The notes under the pieces are model-generated. The model did not search any database, was not told the DNA's origin, and saw nothing but the letters and a program-made list of their open reading frames with translations. Position numbers and translations under genes: made by a program. A stretch of 52,247 bases of DNA, from the NCBI GenBank assembly GCA_021107535.1, contig JAIOSQ010000016.1:1-52247 (forward strand), given 5' to 3'. Origin of the DNA: Bacteroidales bacterium. Its GTDB lineage: Bacteria; Bacteroidota; Bacteroidia; Bacteroidales; B18-G4. Below are positions 36,707 to 43,817 of the stretch, piece by piece; position 1 is the stretch's first letter; each line of letters begins with the position of its first letter.

Positions 36707-37673
36707 ACATTTGAAATACATGTTCATAATAAATCCCTCTTCACATAGTGGGCGCAGCAGGAAAAAATTCCCTTTGCTGATCCGTTTGCTTGATGAAGCC
36801 GGAATAGATTATGAATATAAGATCACAAAAAATATAGATGATGCCTACAGGTATTCTTTAGAGGCCAACAAAAATAAACTCGATGTGATAACAGCTGTTG
36901 GGGGAGATGGAACAATCAATGCTGTTTTGAATGGGTTTTATGATACCTTCGGCAAAAGGATATCATCTTCTAAATTTGGAGTAATTTATACCGGTACCAG
37001 TCCAGATTTCTGTAAGAGCTATGGCATTCCGACGAATATTAAGCAAGCAGTGACCGTATTACTTGATAATAAATCCCGTTTTGTGAAAGTTGGGAAAATC
37101 ATACTTTCCAGACATAACAAAATTGAAAACCATGGTTTAAGTATTGATAAGATTCCGGATGCACAGGTGAAATATTTTGCCTGTTGTGCAAATATAGGCC
37201 TTGGTGCTTCCCTGGCCAGAATAGCAAACAAGGGTGTTCGAAAATATTTAGGCGATTTCGCCGGAACTTTTTTTTCTTTGCTAAAAGTGATCCTCAGCTA
37301 TAAACCCGGAAATATTACAGAAATAATTGATGGTCATACGGTCAATATTTCAAAATTCTATAACCTTTCCGTTGGGATAACACCTTTTATTGCCTCGGGC
37401 ATTAAAATACAGCATAAGCTGAATGAAGACGATGACAGGTTTTATTGTTTGCTTGTGAAGAATTTAAGTCTGCTGAAGCTGCCCGGTTTACTCAGAAAGG
37501 TATATAGCGGAAAACCAATAAAAACAACAAGTTATTTATTCCTTCATTATGCCCGCAACATAGAAATTGAAGGTAATTATAAAAATCCCGATGTAGAATT
37601 CGACGGTGACCCTGCAGGATTTCTTCCCTGCAGGATTGGTCCTGTTGAAGACAGGCTTGAATTAATTTCATGA
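36699..37673 (+). CDS. Diacylglycerol-kinase-catalytic-domain lipid kinase (YegS/sphingosine-kinase-like)
   Basis: FIINPSSHSGRS and VGGDGTINAV motifs. 8-nt overlap with the upstream gene; last gene of the operon. Confidence 0.85.
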   Translation: MTKHLKYMFIINPSSHSGRSRKKFPLLIRLLDEAGIDYEYKITKNIDDAYRYSLEANKNKLDVITAVGGDGTINAVLNGFYDTFGKRISSSKFGVIYTGTSPDFCKSYGIPTNIKQAVTVLLDNKSRFVKVGKIILSRHNKIENHGLSIDKIPDAQVKYFACCANIGLGASLARIANKGVRKYLGDFAGTFFSLLKVILSYKPGNITEIIDGHTVNISKFYNLSVGITPFIASGIKIQHKLNEDDDRFYCLLVKNLSLLKLPGLLRKVYSGKPIKTTSYLFLHYARNIEIEGNYKNPDVEFDGDPAGFLPCRIGPVEDRLELIS

Positions 37674-37746
37674 GGACCTGATTCCGGGACGAATTAGAAT
37701 ACATTAATTATTAAAGATGCGTAATAAGTAAACACATCTAAAGGTG

Positions 37747-38946
37747 TCATTTCGTCCAATCAAGCAAACGCTGTTCCCCCTCAATTTTACGGATCTCACT
37801 GATCTCCTGGGAAACCTCTACCACGCCACAATATTTATTCTTTTCATCACGCAGGGCAAAATACTGGATCAGGATATACACTTTGCCCATCTTGATCCAG
37901 AAACTGGCTTTATCCTGCCTCCCATTGCGGAATTCTTCGATGATCTCTTCCACGATATCGATGCTTTCGGGAGGATGGCAGTTCCTGACATCCCTTCCCA
38001 CGATCCCTTTTGCACGCGGAAAGATCCTGTGCTTCGGGGTCGAAAAGTACTTTACTTTATTATGCTCATCCACATAGGTAATATCCACCGGAAGATGGTT
38101 GAACAACAGCATAATTTGCTTTACACTAAGCAAGCCTGTTCCCAGGTTGACTTCGCCCCTGATCATTTTTGGTGGCTTTTCAAGATTTTCCACTTCGAAA
38201 TCAGGCTGTACATATGGAAATTTCAGGTCGCGGCTGTCATCAAGCATTTTCCTGAGCTCCCCTGCCGGAATGCTTTGTTGCATTAGCGGAAATAGTATCT
38301 TTTCCTCCCTGAATTTGATGGCAAGCATGTTAAAGAACAGGTCGCCGGCCAACTTGTTGAATTTCTTAAGGTCCAGTTCAACTTTTTTGAGAATATTGAT
38401 GATCCCTTTCCTGTTTCGCCGGATATCATCATGAAATGACCACATCACCTGAAGGCACCTGTAATCAGGCCAGTGCTTTTCAAGTACAGGGAAAAGTACA
38501 TTTTCCTTGATCACATAATGAGCATCAAAGATTTCCAGTCCGGAAAAAAGTTTCAAAAGTTTTTTCTTTACTTCCAGTTCATTTTTGTTTTGATTGATCT
38601 TTCTGATCAAAGGACGGATGGCTTTCAGGCGTATATCCATCTCAGCATTGTTCCTTACCAGATAGTCGGTAAAGCTGTCCTTTTCCGGTTCCTGTCCCGG
38701 ATAATTTTTCAGGGATGTATGAAAGAGGTTCAGAAGCTTATTTACACCCGTTTTCAATACAGGCATAGGAATGTTGAGTTGCACCAGGTGATCCACCAGG
38801 GCAAGGACTGCCGAAGGTGTGATTTCATCCATCAGGTGCCGGTTTTTCCGAACGGTGTCAGCTGGACTTTCTGCATGGATAATAGCCAGGCTGAAATCAA
38901 TCAGCTCCTGCGGAATATTCTCTTTACGGCTTCTCTTTTCGGACAT
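37747..38946 (-). CDS. DUF438 / hemerythrin-like / PAS-type domain protein
   Basis: The C-terminal LPVDITYVDEHNKVKYFS...IFPRAKGIVGRDVRNCHPPES...FWIKMG is the DUF438-protein PAS-like module. The central region has H-rich hemerythrin-like helices (HYVIKENVLFPVLEKHWPD, WSFHDDIRR). Confidence 0.75.
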   Translation of the reverse strand: MSEKRSRKENIPQELIDFSLAIIHAESPADTVRKNRHLMDEITPSAVLALVDHLVQLNIPMPVLKTGVNKLLNLFHTSLKNYPGQEPEKDSFTDYLVRNNAEMDIRLKAIRPLIRKINQNKNELEVKKKLLKLFSGLEIFDAHYVIKENVLFPVLEKHWPDYRCLQVMWSFHDDIRRNRKGIINILKKVELDLKKFNKLAGDLFFNMLAIKFREEKILFPLMQQSIPAGELRKMLDDSRDLKFPYVQPDFEVENLEKPPKMIRGEVNLGTGLLSVKQIMLLFNHLPVDITYVDEHNKVKYFSTPKHRIFPRAKGIVGRDVRNCHPPESIDIVEEIIEEFRNGRQDKASFWIKMGKVYILIQYFALRDEKNKYCGVVEVSQEISEIRKIEGEQRLLDWTK

Positions 38947-39041
38947 GGAAATTCATTCTTGTATTAGAATGCAAAGATATCACAATATAATTGAGCGATT
39001 GAGCGATATGGTTTATTACGGTCTGCTCTGAGAAAAATATT

Positions 39042-39049
39042 TAGTTTTG
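39042..39049 (+). promoter_or_regulatory. -7 promoter box TAGTTTTG
   Basis: Exact TAnnTTTG match, 20 nt upstream of the Rrf2 ATG. A tandem attgagcg-attgagcg direct repeat lies about 40 nt further upstream. Confidence 0.45.
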
Positions 39050-39068
39050 TCAAATTAATCCTAATTAT

Positions 39069-39482
39069 ATGTTCCTGAATAAAACTACAAAATACGCATT
39101 GAGTATCCTTGCCTTTATGGCCAACGAACCTATGACACTGTACTCATCCGAATTTCTTCACGAGAAATTGAATATTCCCAGGAGATACCTGCGGCAACTG
39201 CTCACCGATCTCTCTAAACACGGATTTATCACAAGCAGCCGTGGAAGAAGTGGCGGCTTCCGGCTTAGCAAGGATGCCAAAAAGCTAAGCGTAGCTGATG
39301 TGATTGATAGCCTTGAAGGACTTGAGAACTATGAAAGTTGTTTCTTCGGAATTAAAAATTGCATCAATGACAAGTCCTGTGCCATGCATAAACCATGGCT
39401 TGATATTCGTGAGGAATTGTTTAAAACCCTTCATAACACAACATTATATGACCTTGGGCGTGATATTATTATAAAATTTTGA
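39069..39482 (+). CDS. Rrf2-family transcriptional regulator with Fe-S-type Cys triad
   Basis: N-terminal wHTH (TKYALSILAFMA...) and three cysteines in CFFGIKNCINDKSC (C-x6-C-x5-C), similar to the IscR/NsrR cluster ligands. Confidence 0.85.
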   Translation: MFLNKTTKYALSILAFMANEPMTLYSSEFLHEKLNIPRRYLRQLLTDLSKHGFITSSRGRSGGFRLSKDAKKLSVADVIDSLEGLENYESCFFGIKNCINDKSCAMHKPWLDIREELFKTLHNTTLYDLGRDIIIKF

Positions 39483-39544
39483 TTTTTTTTAAATTTATAT
39501 ACTACTTTTGGGTGGTATTTTATTATTAACTAAAAAAATTAACC

Positions 39545-40099
39545 ATGACCGACTCTTCACTAGTTTTGTATGGACAAACCATTGCATACACGTGCTATGC
39601 CATTGTGATCATACTTGTGATCGCATGGTTCGGGTTTGTTGTTACCCGCAAGGGAAAGGGAAACAAGGTAAGCAAGACCTTATTTTATTCTTTTGTAACC
39701 ATGCTGGTCATTCTCGGAGTATCTCTTCACATTGTGACCTTCAACACCATTCCATGGGTATCCATGGATCTCGACAGGAAAAATATCCAGGCTGACCAGG
39801 TATTCGACATCACCATGGAAAATCATCAGTTCATACTTCCTCAAGAGAAATTTGTTATTAACTGCGGCGAAAAAGTGATGTTCAATGTAACATCCAACGA
39901 TCTTACTTATGGCTTCGGCCTCTTCAGGAAAGACAATTCAATGATGTTCCAGATGCAGGTAGTGCCGGGGCATGTGAACGATATTCTCTGGGAATTCAAT
40001 GAGAATGGTATTTATACCATCCGATCTACTGAATATTCCGGCCCGAAAGGGCATCAGATGATCATAAAAGATGTTGTTCATGTGATCGGATGTGAGTAA
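39545..40099 (+). CDS. Heme-copper oxidase superfamily subunit II-like cupredoxin protein lacking CuA ligands
   Basis: Two N-terminal TM helices plus a cupredoxin domain. The CuA positions read DLTYGF (His->Tyr) and STEYSGPKGHQM (both Cys->Ser). Confidence 0.75.
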   Translation: MTDSSLVLYGQTIAYTCYAIVIILVIAWFGFVVTRKGKGNKVSKTLFYSFVTMLVILGVSLHIVTFNTIPWVSMDLDRKNIQADQVFDITMENHQFILPQEKFVINCGEKVMFNVTSNDLTYGFGLFRKDNSMMFQMQVVPGHVNDILWEFNENGIYTIRSTEYSGPKGHQMIIKDVVHVIGCE

Positions 40100-40122
40100 A
40101 AAAGTTTTCAAACTAAAAATTA

Positions 40123-41760
40123 ATGATTATGAGTTATATAAAGACTTTAATGAATGGTGAGCAGTCGATATTCAACCCTCGCAAACTGACACCCATGCAA
40201 AGGATCACCCTGCGATTTGTAGTGGTCGGCGTGCTTTACTACGGCCTTGCTGCCATTGAGGGAATGATCATGCGGATTTATCAGATCGAGCCCATTACTT
40301 TTCTCGGGTCAGATCATTATTTCGCAATCCTTACCGCCCACCCGCTGGTAGGAATATTCGGCTCTACTTATTTAATTGTATTCGGTGCTTTTCTTTTCGT
40401 GGTACCTTTTATGATGAAGAAACCTTTGTGGAGTATTAAACTTGCAAATGCTACTTTCTGGTTGATCACGATTGGTACTTTTGTGTTCTGGTTCTCAGGT
40501 TTTCTTACCCATTATGCACCATTATATACACTTTACTGGCCACTTCCGGCTGATTTCAACCAGTTTGATCCACTTAGCGGAGCATTCTTTATTACCGGGA
40601 TTGCCATTGTGATGCTTGGAACTGTTTTCTTTGTGATCAACATTTTCAAAACCATCGCATATACACCCGAAGGATGGGAAAAACAGCCTTCCGGGGCGCT
40701 TCTTGCCGATGCCATCGGATACAGCGGCTTACGGAATATGTTTAGAAAAAAAACCAAACAAAAGGAGCATCTTGTTGATATTCCTGTTGCGGCCATTGCC
40801 CGTGGTACTGTTGATACCGCATTAAATGCAGGCATCATTCTTTTTACCGGGGTATTAATACTGGTTTACATGGTAGCAGCCATTATGGGTTACGACCTGA
40901 AAACAACAGTAATCGATGCACTTTTATATAAAAACTGGTTCTGGTGGGGACTTGACCTCATTGCCGATGGGCTTGTTCTGATCTTTGTTGCAGGGACATG
41001 GTATCTATTGGCCATGATGATCACCGGTAGAAAGATATTCATGCAAAACATTGCAAGGGCAGCCTTGCTGGTGGAACTGATCGTATCATGGACGGTCTGG
41101 TCTCATCATCTGCTATCCGACCAGGCACAGCCCGGTATCCTGAAAATCATTTCCGGAGAATTTGTTACAGCCTTTGAATTGATCACACAGGGCCTTGCTT
41201 TCTTTGTCACTCTTGCTACCCTATGGTTGGCCAGGCCACTGAAGATGACCAATGAGCTGAAGTTTTTACTTGGTGGGCTTCTCGGATTCGGACTTGCCGT
41301 TCCGGCCGGGATCATGCAGGCCGATATCGGACTCAACAGGATCCTTCACAATACACAATGGATCATGGGCCCGCATGTTCATGTGGCCATATTGGTTGGC
41401 TTAACCATGACCCTTTATGCAGCCATTTACCTGCTGTTCCCCATCGTAACCAACGGGGCTAAACTTTACAGCCAGAAACTGGCGAACTTCCATTTCTGGG
41501 CACATTTGATCGGTGGGATCGGCATGGGTGCCTTTATGGGCATGGCCGGACTACAGGGTATGCTCAGAAGAACCATTTATTACGAAGGAGAATTCAACCT
41601 TTACATGATCCTGGCAGGAATATGCGGATTGCTGCTCTTACTTGCCTTCTTCGCATTCCTGTATAATATCATTATGAGTGTAGGCATCAATGGCTTGCTG
41701 GGAATATTCAGGCCTTCGCCGAATAAAACCAAAGATCTTCTGCCTGCTGAAACGGAATAG
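40123..41760 (+). CDS. Heme-copper oxidase superfamily subunit I, NO-reductase-like (gNOR-like)
   Basis: 12+ TM helices. His73 (TAHP), His328-His329 (WSHHLL) and His418/His420 (GPHVHV) are present. The helix VI segment WFWWGLDLIADG has no His or Tyr, with Asp278 at the CuB-His position. Confidence 0.8.
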   Translation: MIMSYIKTLMNGEQSIFNPRKLTPMQRITLRFVVVGVLYYGLAAIEGMIMRIYQIEPITFLGSDHYFAILTAHPLVGIFGSTYLIVFGAFLFVVPFMMKKPLWSIKLANATFWLITIGTFVFWFSGFLTHYAPLYTLYWPLPADFNQFDPLSGAFFITGIAIVMLGTVFFVINIFKTIAYTPEGWEKQPSGALLADAIGYSGLRNMFRKKTKQKEHLVDIPVAAIARGTVDTALNAGIILFTGVLILVYMVAAIMGYDLKTTVIDALLYKNWFWWGLDLIADGLVLIFVAGTWYLLAMMITGRKIFMQNIARAALLVELIVSWTVWSHHLLSDQAQPGILKIISGEFVTAFELITQGLAFFVTLATLWLARPLKMTNELKFLLGGLLGFGLAVPAGIMQADIGLNRILHNTQWIMGPHVHVAILVGLTMTLYAAIYLLFPIVTNGAKLYSQKLANFHFWAHLIGGIGMGAFMGMAGLQGMLRRTIYYEGEFNLYMILAGICGLLLLLAFFAFLYNIIMSVGINGLLGIFRPSPNKTKDLLPAETE

Positions 41761-41773
41761 ACATTCATTACAT

Positions 41774-41804
41774 AAAAAAAGGCGCTGGTGGCGCCTTTTT
41801 TTTT
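41774..41804. terminator. Bidirectional rho-independent terminator
   Basis: aaaaaaa-ggcgc-tggtg-gcgcc-ttttttttt between convergent genes ending at 41760 (+) and 41815 (-). Confidence 0.75.
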
Positions 41805-41814
41805 AGTTTACAAA

Positions 41815-43470
41815 TTAAATACCAAAAATCATTTCCTCAAATATTAATTCTGCAACAGCCCTTGTTGTCATTCCATTGAAAGACATTTGCTCGTTATCAT
41901 CAATTACATTTGGTTGAATGACCAAATTAGTCATTTGAACATATGAACCTTTACTATTTGTACAATTATACATTTCTTTTAATATCTGACCGGGAATCCT
42001 GTCAGAGTCTTTGTCCTGAAGAATAATTATATGTTCGCTCTTTTCTTTTTCTTTATCAATTATTTTCTCTCCTGTGTTATCATCCGGACCAGAAAGATTT
42101 ATACTCCGCAATACCTCAATAGGAAATGATTTTTCTCTAAGTTTATTTAAAAGTAAATGACCTATACCATGATCGGTGTAAAGCAGGTCTCCGAATACCA
42201 ATAGTGAGACTTTTGTACCGTTTTTATTCGTGATGCGTATTCGACTGATCGATTTGGTTATAATACCAGACTGATAATAATCTATAACATCACTGGCTTG
42301 AACTGAACTAAAGACACTATAAAGTATATCTGAAATTTCTATTTCAAAAAGTGAATCGATACAGTAATAAGATATCTTATTTTTTCGATATGTTTCTTCA
42401 AATTTTGATTCGGGCATATCATGTACAAGGATTTTTGCATCAGGAACTTCCTGATTAATTCTATGCACGTATGCCGGTCCATTATCAGCCAGGCCTATTG
42501 CATCGATCAAAATAATACTCTTGGGATTTTTTTCCATTGCTTCTATAGCCTCCTCAACTGTATATACACAATCAATTGCACAGCCAAGATTAATAAGCCT
42601 GGGTATATATGCTTTTTTATATTTTATGTTTCTATTCAAATAATCTGCACTTTTACTAAGGATTATTATATCGCGTGTTTGAGTGCTTTCAAGGTCTACA
42701 TCAATATTGAATGGATCAATTTGGGCAATCCAACACTTCTCAAAAGAATTTCTCACAAACACTGAGGTATCTAAAGTTAACTCATTATTGATCTCTTCAA
42801 TTCTTCCTGTTGCCGGAGAAGGAAGCATGATTTTGGATCCATCATTTAAAATAGCCGTGGCGAATGGCAAGCCTCTAAATACTGTATCATTCACTGTTGG
42901 AAGTATTATTTCATCAATCCTGTTGGAAATGAAAAAGGGAATTTGACAACCTGCACGAAATTTTCCATCTTTATCCTGTTTTAGCCAGGCTATATCATAG
43001 AACTTGACAGGCCTGCCTTCAGTAATCCATTTTTGCAGGCTGGATTGTTCAATTGAAGGGGATAAAATCTTTTTATCAGACTGCAATTTTGCCGAAATTA
43101 CCTTATTTATTGATTTAAGGATTTCCAATGGAGTAAATGGTTTTAAAATATAATCTGCAGCCTGTAATCTTATAGATTCTATTGCTGTTTCCATGCTGGG
43201 ATTGCCTGTTACAATCACAACGGGTAAAACAGGATCTTTCTCTCTAAGATGAGTAAGTAAATCAATCCCATCCATTTCATCCATTTTTAAGTCAAGAAAA
43301 ACAAGATCATACTTTCTTGATAATGCCAGTTTTAGTCCTTCGCGAGGCTTGGTTTTAGTATCCACTTTATATCCTTCATTGGTTAAAATTCTTGTGAAAC
43401 TTTCACAAACCACATTCTCATCATCGATGACCAGTATTGAAGCGTTTGTTTTCATAATAGTACCCTCCAT
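41815..43470 (-). CDS. Atypical response regulator: REC + GcvH-like domain + second REC-like domain + unknown C-terminal domain
   Basis: N-terminal ILVIDDE...DLVFLDLKMDEMDG...KPF receiver. Residues about 150-255 align to the glycine-cleavage H fold (W.K.DKDG...LP.V...LPSPATGRIEEINNEL...CWIAQI). There is also a later IILIDAIGLADNG receiver-like block. An alternative start is the ATG at 43455. Confidence 0.75.
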   Translation of the reverse strand: MEGTIMKTNASILVIDDENVVCESFTRILTNEGYKVDTKTKPREGLKLALSRKYDLVFLDLKMDEMDGIDLLTHLREKDPVLPVVIVTGNPSMETAIESIRLQAADYILKPFTPLEILKSINKVISAKLQSDKKILSPSIEQSSLQKWITEGRPVKFYDIAWLKQDKDGKFRAGCQIPFFISNRIDEIILPTVNDTVFRGLPFATAILNDGSKIMLPSPATGRIEEINNELTLDTSVFVRNSFEKCWIAQIDPFNIDVDLESTQTRDIIILSKSADYLNRNIKYKKAYIPRLINLGCAIDCVYTVEEAIEAMEKNPKSIILIDAIGLADNGPAYVHRINQEVPDAKILVHDMPESKFEETYRKNKISYYCIDSLFEIEISDILYSVFSSVQASDVIDYYQSGIITKSISRIRITNKNGTKVSLLVFGDLLYTDHGIGHLLLNKLREKSFPIEVLRSINLSGPDDNTGEKIIDKEKEKSEHIIILQDKDSDRIPGQILKEMYNCTNSKGSYVQMTNLVIQPNVIDDNEQMSFNGMTTRAVAELIFEEMIFGI

Positions 43471-43523
43471 GTTATAATTTATTAATGAATTTTTTTAGCA
43501 TTCTGTAATTCATTTATATACTA

Positions 43524-43539
43524 TGCAACTTGCGTTCCA
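43524..43539 (-). promoter_or_regulatory. Sigma-54 (-24/-12) promoter TGGAACGCAAGTTGCA
   Basis: The reverse complement of 43524-43539 is TGGAAC-GCAAG-TTGCA. It has one mismatch to TGGCAC-N5-TTGCW with correct GG/GC spacing and lies about 55 nt upstream of the start at 43470. Confidence 0.7.
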
Positions 43540-43666
43540 TACTAGCAAAGGGCTGAAGTCTTAATTTTATTTTTTACTTATCTGATTGTTTATCAAGTGC
43601 TAATACAGACTTCTATTTATTCAAAGCAATTTGCCTTTTATTCTAAATATTGATTTTTTGTTCATG

Positions 43667-43689
43667 TAAACTATACAGTGTATAGTTTA
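43667..43689. promoter_or_regulatory. Perfect palindrome taaactataca-g-tgtatagttta; candidate enhancer (UAS) for the NtrC-type activator
   Basis: 11-nt perfect arms around a single central base, about 130-150 bp upstream of the sigma-54 promoter. Confidence 0.5.
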
Positions 43690-43817
43690 ATCATACACTT
43701 TTTAGTATAAAATTATCATGCTTAAAAACTTTATGGGGAATGAACTGAGGGTGTCTCAAAAGCTCTTCTCCAGGTGGGATATTATACTTTTAGGAATGGA
43801 TTGATAATATGAGGATT

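Noticed and set aside
39545-41760. Annotating the pair as an ordinary cytochrome c or quinol oxidase (O2 reductase)
   Set aside because: Subunit II has no CuA cysteines. Subunit I lacks the helix-VI His ligand and both known positions of the cross-linked Tyr. These features are incompatible with characterised A, B and C family O2 reductases, so I preferred the NOR-like call.
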